The translations under genes were made by a program, and so were the position numbers. This document shows positions 32,576-41,401 of a stretch of 64,000 nucleotides of DNA, piece after piece (the stretch's first letter is position 1; each line of letters starts with the position of its first letter). Below the pieces are notes generated by a model. It was not told the origin of the DNA, ran no database searches, and saw only the letters and a list, made by a program, of their open reading frames with translations. Source of the DNA: an uncultured Actinomycetes bacterium (GTDB taxonomy: Bacteria > Actinomycetota > Thermoleophilia > RBG-16-64-13); contig CAVPLM010000005.1 in the NCBI GenBank assembly GCA_963706025.1, positions 1,139,650 to 1,203,649 on the forward strand, written 5' to 3'.

Positions 32576-34519
32576 CCAGCTCGCCCGCGGGCGGAGCGTC
32601 ACCATCGTCTGATGCATCGCCGCCCCGTCACCGATGTCGGTCAGGGCGGCTTCGCGCAGCTGATTGACGCCGCTCAGGTCGCCCTTCCAGAGCGCAGGGT
32701 TGAAAAGCAACACGTCCCGGCGCACCAACTCGTCGGCGGCCACCCGAACCTTGACTCTGCCGACTTTGCTCACCACCCAGGCCTCACCACCATCGGCAAG
32801 GCCCTGCTCGGCAAGAACCGCCGGGTTGACCCGCACGACCGGACCCTCGGGCACATCGCCCGGCAAGACCTGGGAGTTGAGCGTTCTGAGCGTCTTCGTG
32901 GCGACAAGGTGTAGAGCTTCACCGTCAGCGACCGCAGCCGGGGTGAACTCGCCGACAAACTCGAACTTCCCGGACGGCGTGGCGAATTCGCGGTTCGCAA
33001 ACGGCACCGCGACTGCCCTCGGGTTTCGTCGCGGCCTTTCCCGCAGCATGTCGAGCGTCAGCCCGGATTCCTCCAGGGGCTTGAGCGCCCGGGCCGCCCA
33101 TTCCGACATCTCGCCCGCCAGGACCCGCCCAAAGCCCAACCGCTCCGCCAGCAACTGCAGGATCTCGCCGTCGCTCTTCGTTTCCCCCTGCGGGGGCACG
33201 ACTTCTCTGGTCAATCCCAGCCAGTTGTGGCCATAGGCATCCACCAAGTCGTCCATTTCCAGGTAGGTCGTGCAGGGGAGGACCAGGTCGGCCAGCTCTG
33301 CGGTCGCCGTCATGAACTGCTCGACGACGACCAGGAACTCCAGCGAGCGCAGCCCCTCCTTGACCCGATTCGTGTCCGGCGCAGTGCTGGCCGGGTTGGC
33401 GCCCGCTATCCAGCCCATCTTGAGCGGCGGATCCTTGGCGCCAAGAATACCCTCGCCCAACCGGGGCAGCAGAACGGCTCTGCGCTCCACCGACGGTACC
33501 TCGCCGCCCGCGGTGAGATCCAAGCCGCGAGCACCCATCATGTTGGTGCCCGCGCCGCCGCCGGGAACGCCGATGTTGCCGCTGATGGCGGCGAGAGCGT
33601 CGATCAGCCGTACTGTAGCGCCGCCATTTTCCCAATACGATGGACCCAGGCCTACGAGCGTGGCCAGAGGCTTCTTCTCCGCATACAGTTGGGCGAGATC
33701 GGCGATCTGCTCCGCCGTCAGGTCGGTGGCGGCCATGACCTGCTGCATACTGTGCGAGAAGACCAGTTCCCGGTAGGCTGCGAAGCCACGGCTGTGGTCG
33801 TCGATGAACGCAGCATCAACACGCTCGCTCTCAAGGAGCAGGCGAGCGACCCCAATGGCCAGCATTCCGTCGCTGCCCGGTCGGATCTGGTAGAAGCGGT
33901 CGGCCTTCTGCGCTATCGAGCAGCGCACCGGATCGATCACCACCAGCGGCGCGCCTTTCTTCCGCGCCTCGTCGATGAAGGCCATCCAGTGATGATGCGT
34001 CACGGGGACGTTCTTGCCCCAGACGGCAAAGGCGGCGCTGTTGACCAGATCCTCGGGCTCATGTGTGTCGTCGCCGCCGAAGTCGAGGTTCTGAGCCGCT
34101 TCGTTCGCTTCAATGCTCAAGCCACCTACGCTGAAGGTCGCTCCACCAAAGTGGGACCAGAAGTGGCGGCCCAGCGCCTGGGCCGCCTGGCCGCGCACTG
34201 CCGAGTAGTTGACCACCAACACAGAAAGGGGACCGAAGGTGCTGCGGTAGTGCGTGAGCCTCTCGGCGACGAGCTCGAGGGCGTCGTCCCAGGATAGACG
34301 CTGCCACCCGTTCTCGGTGCGTCGCAGCGGATAGAGCAGGCGGCTTGGATCGTAGAAGCGTTTGAGATAGTTGTTTCCGCGCCAGCAAAGGACCCCACGG
34401 GTGACCCCGTGGGCGGGGTCGCCTCTGTGGCTGACTATCTTCCCGTCTTCCACAGTCGCAATGACGCCGCAGGAGTCGGGGCAGTCACGGTAACAGGTGG
34501 TGCGCTTCTCTTCCTTCAT
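32552..34519 (-). CDS. Molybdopterin oxidoreductase (DMSO reductase family), no TAT signal seen
   Basis: CxxxCxxxC...C Fe-S motif, YPL, WDDAL, WGKN, IDP, IRPGSD, ADLVLP and a C-terminal MGD-binding domain. Confidence 0.92.
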   Translation of the reverse strand: MKEEKRTTCYRDCPDSCGVIATVEDGKIVSHRGDPAHGVTRGVLCWRGNNYLKRFYDPSRLLYPLRRTENGWQRLSWDDALELVAERLTHYRSTFGPLSVLVVNYSAVRGQAAQALGRHFWSHFGGATFSVGGLSIEANEAAQNLDFGGDDTHEPEDLVNSAAFAVWGKNVPVTHHHWMAFIDEARKKGAPLVVIDPVRCSIAQKADRFYQIRPGSDGMLAIGVARLLLESERVDAAFIDDHSRGFAAYRELVFSHSMQQVMAATDLTAEQIADLAQLYAEKKPLATLVGLGPSYWENGGATVRLIDALAAISGNIGVPGGGAGTNMMGARGLDLTAGGEVPSVERRAVLLPRLGEGILGAKDPPLKMGWIAGANPASTAPDTNRVKEGLRSLEFLVVVEQFMTATAELADLVLPCTTYLEMDDLVDAYGHNWLGLTREVVPPQGETKSDGEILQLLAERLGFGRVLAGEMSEWAARALKPLEESGLTLDMLRERPRRNPRAVAVPFANREFATPSGKFEFVGEFTPAAVADGEALHLVATKTLRTLNSQVLPGDVPEGPVVRVNPAVLAEQGLADGGEAWVVSKVGRVKVRVAADELVRRDVLLFNPALWKGDLSGVNQLREAALTDIGDGAAMHQTMVTLRPRASWSDDPFRS

Positions 34520-34712
34520 CGGCTACTCCGTGGCCCCCTCGCGCGCCAGAATCCCAGGTCGATGGAGCTGATCATCGCATCATACCTCTGGACTCCATCC
34601 GATAGCGCCACCAACAGCCGAGCTTTTGACAAGCACCGGCGCCCGGCCCAAAATGGTCTCTCTTAGCTGGGTGGCGATCACCGTCAAGCCAGGAAGGAAA
34701 GAGGTATGCACC

Positions 34713-36473
34713 ATGGCAGCGAAGACAGCGATACCGCGAGCACAGGAAGGTCCGGAAATACCGTTTGTCGACGGGATCCCCCTGCCGCCGCCGGTCAGGC
34801 CGGTCATTATCCTGAGCGGCTCCGACTATCAGATCGGGTACCAGTACTTCCAGCAGCTCGTGGAGATATACGGCACCTGGATACCAGCCCATAAATGGGG
34901 ATACCTGTACTTCTGTACTCCGTTACATCGGGAGGAGTTCTCGGCGGAGGAGAAGGCGGCGCTCGGGGAGTTCGAATCTTGTATCAGCAAGCACACCCCG
35001 GAGTGGATCGACATCTTGAATGGGATGGCAGCCGGCGCGACCGAGGCCAGCATCCCCGTCACCTATGCCGATCTACTCGCCTTTTTCGTCCTCTATGAGG
35101 AACTGTGTCCCTTGTCGCCAGACGCGTCGTTGGTGGTCCCTGACCCTCCGCTTGAAGGCGGCGACAAGAAACCTGGGCCGGCATGCAGCGGGTTCGCGGC
35201 CTGGGGAAAGGCCACCAAGGACGGCGGGCTTCTCTGCGCGGGAAATGGCGATGACAACGCGGGGTTCTTCGCGAGTACCGTGATGGTGTTCCCCGAGACG
35301 GGCAACAACTTCATCGCCTCCCCCTACAATATGCCTGGATTCGGCGGGTTTCCTTCACATCCGGGCATGAACAACAAGGGCGTGGTCCACGTTCATCACG
35401 GCACCGGGACCTTTGCCATCCCCAAATGGGGCTACACGGTGCCCCGGGGCATGGCCGACATGCATATTCTCCGATTCGCGAACACAGCCCAGGAAGCGGC
35501 GGATATGCATCTCGGCTACCCGCCGGCCGTCAACTACAAAGAAGGCAACTTCTTGGCAGACGTGGGCGGGGACGCGATCGTCATCGAGAGTCGGGATCCG
35601 ACGGTCATCCGCAGAGCGGGATACATGGGCGAGACCGACTTCCTCTATGCCACCAACAACTATCAGTCAAAGGAGATGGGGAACGAAGAGCAGCAGGACT
35701 ATCTCCCCCACGGTGGGTGGATCAGCAGAGCTCTTTCGGGAGATATGGATCTCACAGCCTGGTCGGTATCCCGGAACTTGTTCATGTGGAACATGCTCCA
35801 CAACTATCAGGGTAAGGTCGACCTCGAATTCGCGAAGATGATGTACAGATTCCCCAGCGCGATCACTCATCCCACCCTGGAAGCTGCGGATGCCGCGTAC
35901 CTACAGGAGAAGGGTAGAAGCTACCAAGCGCGGATAGGGAGCCTGGATAACTCGGTCATCGGCATCGCAGTGCCGGATGATGGCGACAACGGTTCGTACT
36001 ACCTATGCTCCGGACCCGCCACCAGGGCCACCGGTCCTGCTATGCCGACACTGCACAACTACGCCCCGGGGCAGACCTACTCGTTCTACGAGCTCAAGCT
36101 GGCCTCCAGCCCGCGCGGGGTCGCAGAAGCGGCCTTGGGCCGGGCGCGGTATGACCTGTACTACGCGAACACGGCGCTGGCGAAGCTGACGTACGCCGAG
36201 GCGGCGCCCCTCGAGGGGGCGTTCGACAAGGCTAAGACCGAGTACTTCAAGGGCCATTACTATCTCAATGCTGTTCTGGCCGGCAGAGTCAGCGGCGAGA
36301 GAGAATCCGTGTCCCACTACGCGAAGGCGACCAGGGCGTTCACCCGCTGCCAGGTCTACGCGAAGCAGGTGCGCGAGGCGATCGTTCCCCCGCCAAGCAA
36401 GCCCGAAGACCTTGGTCTGAGGCCATGGCTCGGGGAGTGGGGTGACTGGGACGCCCTTTTTGAAGACGAGTAG
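34713..36473 (+). CDS. C45-family Ntn-hydrolase/acyltransferase
   Basis: ACSGFAAWGKATKDG autocleavage Cys, GMNNKG and ATNN motifs. Confidence 0.8.
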   Translation: MAAKTAIPRAQEGPEIPFVDGIPLPPPVRPVIILSGSDYQIGYQYFQQLVEIYGTWIPAHKWGYLYFCTPLHREEFSAEEKAALGEFESCISKHTPEWIDILNGMAAGATEASIPVTYADLLAFFVLYEELCPLSPDASLVVPDPPLEGGDKKPGPACSGFAAWGKATKDGGLLCAGNGDDNAGFFASTVMVFPETGNNFIASPYNMPGFGGFPSHPGMNNKGVVHVHHGTGTFAIPKWGYTVPRGMADMHILRFANTAQEAADMHLGYPPAVNYKEGNFLADVGGDAIVIESRDPTVIRRAGYMGETDFLYATNNYQSKEMGNEEQQDYLPHGGWISRALSGDMDLTAWSVSRNLFMWNMLHNYQGKVDLEFAKMMYRFPSAITHPTLEAADAAYLQEKGRSYQARIGSLDNSVIGIAVPDDGDNGSYYLCSGPATRATGPAMPTLHNYAPGQTYSFYELKLASSPRGVAEAALGRARYDLYYANTALAKLTYAEAAPLEGAFDKAKTEYFKGHYYLNAVLAGRVSGERESVSHYAKATRAFTRCQVYAKQVREAIVPPPSKPEDLGLRPWLGEWGDWDALFEDE

Positions 36474-36587
36474 GGAGCGATTCGCCGGCGAAGCGCTGGA
36501 CTTGTGAAGGTAGCGAGGCGCCGGCCATTGCGCCCGCGCCTTGCGTGCCGTACCCTATCCGTCCCCAGCGCGCGGAGGTAATCATCG

Positions 36588-36797
36588 TTGAAAGGGCATA
36601 TCCAGATAGACAAAGAGCGCTGCAAAGGCTGCACCCTTTGTATTGAGTTCTGTCCGAAGGAGAGCATTCTCCTTTCCGAGGAACTGAATCTCAAAGGCTA
36701 TTTCGTCGCCGCCTTTGACGCTGAAGAGGAATGCACCGGTTGCGGCAACTGCGCCGTCATGTGCCCCGAAGTTGCCATCGAGGTGGAGAGAAGATGA
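36588..36797 (+). CDS. 2x[4Fe-4S] delta subunit of a 2-oxoacid:ferredoxin oxidoreductase
   Basis: CKGCTLCIEFCP and CTGCGNCAVMCP. Confidence 0.9.
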   Translation: MKGHIQIDKERCKGCTLCIEFCPKESILLSEELNLKGYFVAAFDAEEECTGCGNCAVMCPEVAIEVERR

Positions 36798-37873
36798 AAC
36801 GTCTGATGAGCGGGAATACCGCATTGGGTGAGGCAGCGGTGCTTTCTGGATGCACCTGCTACTTCGGGTATCCCATCACCCCTCAGAACGAGCTTACGGA
36901 GTACATGGCAAAGAGGATGGCCGACGTGGGCGGAGTCTTCATCCAGTCCGAGAGCGAGATCGCCGCCATCAACATGGTCCTCGGCGCGTCGGTGGCAGGA
37001 GCACGGGCCATGACCTCGTCGAGCGGCCCCGGCATCAGTCTCAAGCAGGAAGGCATCTCCTATCTCGCCGCCGACGAGCTTCCCGCCGTCATCGTCAATA
37101 TCGTTCGGGGCGGCCCCGGCATGGGAAACATCTCGCCGTCACAGTCGGACTACTTCCAGGCGACGCGTGGGGGCGGCCATGGTGATTACAAGACCATCGT
37201 CCTTGCTCCAGCGTCCGTCCAGGAACTGACAGAGCTCGTGCCTCTCGCCTTCGACCTCGCCGAGAAATACCGCAATCCTGTAATCATCCTCGGCGATGGC
37301 ATGCTCGGACAGATGATGGAGCCTGTCGACTTCGACCTCCTGAAACGTCCCCCCGACTGTGAGAAGGACTACATTCTGACGGGAGCCAAAGACAGACCGG
37401 CCCGGAAGGTCCACTCCCTGATCTTCGACACCAAACTTCAGGAAGAACACAACTGGAAACTCTTCCGGAAGTTCCAGCGCATGGAACAGAATGAGGCCCG
37501 ATACGAGACGTATTTGACCGACGACGCGGAAATGGTCGTCGTTGCTTACGGCATGGGCGCCCGGATCGTCAAGGGCGCTATCAAGAGACTCCGCGAGGAG
37601 AACCTGAAGGTCGGTCTGCTCAGGCCCATCACGCTCTGGCCCTTTCCCGGGAAGGCCCTGCAGGAGATGGCGAAAACCGTGAGCGATTTCTTCGTCTTCG
37701 AGATGAGTGCCGGTCAGATGGTGGAGGACGTAAGGCTTTCGCTGGAAGGGAAAGGGCACGTCCATTTCTACGGAAGGCCCGGGGGCGTCATCCCGATGCC
37801 TATCGAGCTCTCCAGGATCATTTCGCGCCATTACTACCAGGCACAGGCCGGCGGTGAGAGAAGGAAGCAATGA
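36794..37873 (+). CDS. vorB: 2-oxoacid:ferredoxin oxidoreductase alpha subunit (VorB-like)
   Basis: GYPITPQ, QSESEIAA, TSSSGPG, RGGPG and RGGGHGDY motifs. Confidence 0.9.
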   Translation: MKRLMSGNTALGEAAVLSGCTCYFGYPITPQNELTEYMAKRMADVGGVFIQSESEIAAINMVLGASVAGARAMTSSSGPGISLKQEGISYLAADELPAVIVNIVRGGPGMGNISPSQSDYFQATRGGGHGDYKTIVLAPASVQELTELVPLAFDLAEKYRNPVIILGDGMLGQMMEPVDFDLLKRPPDCEKDYILTGAKDRPARKVHSLIFDTKLQEEHNWKLFRKFQRMEQNEARYETYLTDDAEMVVVAYGMGARIVKGAIKRLREENLKVGLLRPITLWPFPGKALQEMAKTVSDFFVFEMSAGQMVEDVRLSLEGKGHVHFYGRPGGVIPMPIELSRIISRHYYQAQAGGERRKQ

Positions 37874-38613
37874 AGACAACCCAGACGAGACCGAAGCTTC
37901 TGAAAGAGGCGCACTTCCATTACTGCCCCGGATGCGGTCACGGCATCATCAACCGCCTTCTTATGGAAGTGCTCGAAGAGATGGACCTTCAGGGGGAAGC
38001 CATATGCGTCGCTCCCGCCGGGTGCGGCATGCTTCTCTACAACTACTTTGAGATCGATGTCCTCGAGTCGGCGCACGGCCGCGGAGCCGCCGTGGCGACC
38101 GGGATCAAACGGGTAAGACCTGAGAACCTGGTCTTCTCCTATCAGGGTGACGGCGATCTTGCCGCTATCGGCACCGCTGAAGGGTTCCACGCCGCCAACA
38201 GGGGGGAAAACATCACGGTGATCTTCGTGAATAACGGCGTATACGGCATGACAGGCGGCCAGATGGCGCCGACCACACTGCTCGATCAAGTGACAACAAC
38301 CACCCCGAAAGGGCGGGACTCCGTTATTGCCGGTCATCCGGTCAGGATCTGCGAAGTGTTTTCCATGCTCGACGGCGCGACCTATCTTGAACGCGTCGCA
38401 GTCAACAAGCCCGCGGCCGTTCGTAAGACGAAAAAAGCCATTGCCAAGGCATTCCAGCGACAGCTTGACGGGTGCGGCTTTTCCCTGGTCGAGATACTTT
38501 CCCCCTGTCCGACAAACTGGAAGATGGGCCCTCGTGAGGCCTGCGGGTGGATCGATGAAGTCATGAGTAAGCAATTCCCGTTGGGTGTCTTCAAAGAGGT
38601 GCCATGCTCATAA
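37870..38613 (+). CDS. 2-oxoacid:ferredoxin oxidoreductase beta (TPP-binding) subunit
   Basis: YCPGCGHG, HGR, GDGD...NN..YGMTGGQ and SPCPTNW motifs. Confidence 0.92.
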   Translation: MKTTQTRPKLLKEAHFHYCPGCGHGIINRLLMEVLEEMDLQGEAICVAPAGCGMLLYNYFEIDVLESAHGRGAAVATGIKRVRPENLVFSYQGDGDLAAIGTAEGFHAANRGENITVIFVNNGVYGMTGGQMAPTTLLDQVTTTTPKGRDSVIAGHPVRICEVFSMLDGATYLERVAVNKPAAVRKTKKAIAKAFQRQLDGCGFSLVEILSPCPTNWKMGPREACGWIDEVMSKQFPLGVFKEVPCS

Positions 38614-39158
38614 GGACCATATTCTCGGGATTCGGAGGGCAGGGCGTTCTCTCCATGGGATCGACGCTGGCTACCGCGGCCATGCTCGAAGGAAGATACG
38701 TCACCTACCTGCCGACCTACGGCGTTGAGGTGCGGGGCGGCACGGCCAACTGCACGGTCGTCGTCTCCGACGAGGAAATCGCTTCTCCTGTGGCGTCTGA
38801 GCCGGAATACCTCGTTGCCATGAACCAGCCGTCCTTCGCCCGGTTCCAGAGTATCCTCCAGGCCGGAGGTCTTCTCTGCGCCAACTCGTCTCTCGTCAAC
38901 ACCGATTCGGCGCGGAGCGACATCGAGATCCTCGCGATCCCCACCAGCGAGCTGGCGGAAGAACTGGGCACCATCAAGGTGGCCAATATGATCATGCTCG
39001 GGGCCCTCGTCAGGGCAAGCAACATGATCTCCTATGACGCCATGCTGGAAAACCTCGTGGAGATACTCGGCGAAGGCAAAGCGAGACTCATAGAACTCAA
39101 CAGGGAAGCCCTGGGGTTGGGATACAACTACGCAAAGGATAGGGCGTATGGTCATTAA
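38604..39158 (+). CDS. 2-oxoacid:ferredoxin oxidoreductase gamma subunit
   Basis: GFGGQG, YGVEVRGG and NMIMLGA motifs. Confidence 0.92.
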   Translation: MLIRTIFSGFGGQGVLSMGSTLATAAMLEGRYVTYLPTYGVEVRGGTANCTVVVSDEEIASPVASEPEYLVAMNQPSFARFQSILQAGGLLCANSSLVNTDSARSDIEILAIPTSELAEELGTIKVANMIMLGALVRASNMISYDAMLENLVEILGEGKARLIELNREALGLGYNYAKDRAYGH

Positions 39159-39576
39159 GCAGTTGTCCGTGAGCCTCGACAATGTACCGGGGAGCCTCTC
39201 CACCGTCAGCGAGATCTTGGGGCGAGAAGGGGTGAATATCAGGGCCATCTCCGTGGCCGATACCTCCGATATCAGTACGGTCCGCTTTGTCGTGGATGAC
39301 CCGGAGAAGGCAAAGAACATCCTCACCGGCAACGGCTACAATCCCAAAGAGACCGGTGTGCTCGCCGTTGAGACGCCAGACCATCCGGGCGGCATGAACG
39401 CCGTGCTGAAGCCACTCAAGGCCGCCGGTATTAATGTCCACTACCTCTATCCCCACCTGGGAAGGATCGACAACAACGCTATCGTCATCCTTGGCGTGGA
39501 TAGGACGGAAGAGGCCCAGAAAGTGCTGGCGCAGAACTGGGTCAAGACCCTGGGGCGCGACGTCTACAACGTCTAA
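39148..39576 (+). CDS. Double ACT-domain protein
   Basis: QLSV.LDNVPG, GVNIRA, DHPGG and GINV.YLY. Confidence 0.85.
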   Translation: MVIKQLSVSLDNVPGSLSTVSEILGREGVNIRAISVADTSDISTVRFVVDDPEKAKNILTGNGYNPKETGVLAVETPDHPGGMNAVLKPLKAAGINVHYLYPHLGRIDNNAIVILGVDRTEEAQKVLAQNWVKTLGRDVYNV

Positions 39577-39582
39577 GTCCTG

Positions 39583-40362
39583 CTACTGAGCGATGAACCC
39601 GCCGTCGATCACCAGTTCGGTTCCGGTGCTGAACCTGGACTCGTCGGAGGCTAGGTAGAGCACGCCGTAGGCGACATCGATGGGGTCGCCGTAGTGACCC
39701 AGAGGTACGTGGCTCAGTATCCGCTTGTGGAACTCCTCCGGTCCCTCGGTCGCGTTCTTGCCGACCTCCTCCAGCATGGGCGTCCAGAGCCAGCCGGGGT
39801 GAATGGAGTTGACCCTGATCTTGTCTTTGGCGTAGCAGAGCGCGTCCGATTTGGTCATCAAGCGCACGGCGCCTTTGGCCGCGTGGTAGAGAAAAGGCGG
39901 GGGAACGTCCATCCCGCCGACGATGCCGTAGACGGAAGAGATGTTGACGATGCTGCCTCCGCCTCCCCGCATCATGAAGGGCACGGCATGCTTCGTGCAG
40001 AGAAAGACTCCCCTGGCGTCCACGTTGAGGATCTGGTCCCATTCGGCGATGGTGATCTCGTGAGTGGGTTTGGGCGCCCCGGTGATGCCGGCGTTGTTCA
40101 CCAGGATATCGATGCGCTGACGGCTGGCGAATATACTCGCGCAGACCTGCTTGATCTCATCTTCCGAGGTGACGTCCATGTGGAAGTACTGGGCCGAGCC
40201 ACCGCGGCTCTTGATCTCCTCGGCCACTCCCGTTCCCATCTCGTCCTGGATGTCGGTGACCGCCACCCAGGCTCCTTCAGTGGCCAACAACATGCACGTG
40301 GCCTTGCCCAGGCCCGTGGAGCCACCGGTCACAATAGCTACTCTGTCCTGCACCCTGCCCAC
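39583..40362 (-). CDS. SDR family oxidoreductase
   Basis: TGGSTGLG, NNAG, YHAAK, IHPG and IDGG motifs. Confidence 0.93.
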   Translation of the reverse strand: MGRVQDRVAIVTGGSTGLGKATCMLLATEGAWVAVTDIQDEMGTGVAEEIKSRGGSAQYFHMDVTSEDEIKQVCASIFASRQRIDILVNNAGITGAPKPTHEITIAEWDQILNVDARGVFLCTKHAVPFMMRGGGGSIVNISSVYGIVGGMDVPPPFLYHAAKGAVRLMTKSDALCYAKDKIRVNSIHPGWLWTPMLEEVGKNATEGPEEFHKRILSHVPLGHYGDPIDVAYGVLYLASDESRFSTGTELVIDGGFIAQ

Positions 40363-40406
40363 GCGCTCCTCCTAGGTGGAAGATTCCATAACTCGTCTCC
40401 AGAGTA

Positions 40407-41363
40407 TCAGACCGCCGGCCCGCAGCCCTGCTCCCACTCCTCCATGATCGCCTCGACCGGGATGCCATCGGGGTCCCTGACGTACATGTACCAGTAGGTG
40501 CCCTTCATCTCTCCCTGGAGCAGGGCGAAATGAGGGCGATGCATGAACTCGAGCCCTTCGCTCAGGAAGTGGTCGGCAAGGGCGTGGATGTCGTCGCACA
40601 CGTGGGCCAACTCGAACATGCCGAAATCACCCCACATCGCATTGAGGGGCACCGATCTCCCTCGGGATCTCGAGATCTCGTAGAGCTCGAGCATGTCGCC
40701 CCCATTGCTGTTGGCCAGGAGGCAGGAAAGAACTTGAGTGCCGCTCTCGCCCGAGATCTCACCTACCAGCCCGGAGAACTCATCATGTGGTCCCAACACC
40801 ACCGTGTCGTAGCCCAGATGTCTCTTGTAGAACCCGAGGGAGCGCTCAAGGTCCGTCACACTTATTCCCAAGCTGCAGATGTGCTCCCTTTTCAACCTGG
40901 AGCTCGACGCGAACTCCAGCAAGTTGCCCTCCGGGTCTCTGGCATAGACGAAACCATAGTCGCCCCCACCGGGTATCGTTGCCGACTTCGGCGCAGATAC
41001 AAAAGCGAGCCTATCCCTGTTGCCGGCATAGAACTCCTCCACATCGGCCACTGCGGTCGTCAGTTTGTTCACCCCGATATCGCCGAACCTGATGTCTCTG
41101 CGAAGGGGGCGCGGGGCGGGACTGTGCATCTGGACGAGCTCGACGATGATGCCGTCTTCTTCCTGCCTGATCATGGAAGCGCTGAGCACATGAGGCTGAT
41201 CCCGAAAGAAGTCGGGGACGGGGTTCGGAAGCTCGACCCAATCGGCGTACACCTTGGTGCATCTCATCGCCTGCACGTAGAAGGCCCTCATCGCGTCCAG
41301 GTCTCTCGTGCCTATCGCCATGTGATGGATTCCCTCCACCTTTACGCCACCGACACATGCCAT
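40407..41363 (-). CDS. VOC/glyoxalase family protein (tandem domains)
   Basis: HHMAIG..DL...FY, RDPEGNLLE, SVTDLERS..FY and RDPDGIPVE. Confidence 0.85.
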   Translation of the reverse strand: MACVGGVKVEGIHHMAIGTRDLDAMRAFYVQAMRCTKVYADWVELPNPVPDFFRDQPHVLSASMIRQEEDGIIVELVQMHSPAPRPLRRDIRFGDIGVNKLTTAVADVEEFYAGNRDRLAFVSAPKSATIPGGGDYGFVYARDPEGNLLEFASSSRLKREHICSLGISVTDLERSLGFYKRHLGYDTVVLGPHDEFSGLVGEISGESGTQVLSCLLANSNGGDMLELYEISRSRGRSVPLNAMWGDFGMFELAHVCDDIHALADHFLSEGLEFMHRPHFALLQGEMKGTYWYMYVRDPDGIPVEAIMEEWEQGCGPAV

Positions 41364-41401
41364 GAACGTCCTCCTTCCAGGCCTCGCGGCCGCGCTTGGG
41401 A

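Noticed and set aside
6155-34519. Selenocysteine (TGA) recoding in the Se-related or Mo/W enzymes
   Set aside because: No in-frame TGA interrupts these ORFs.
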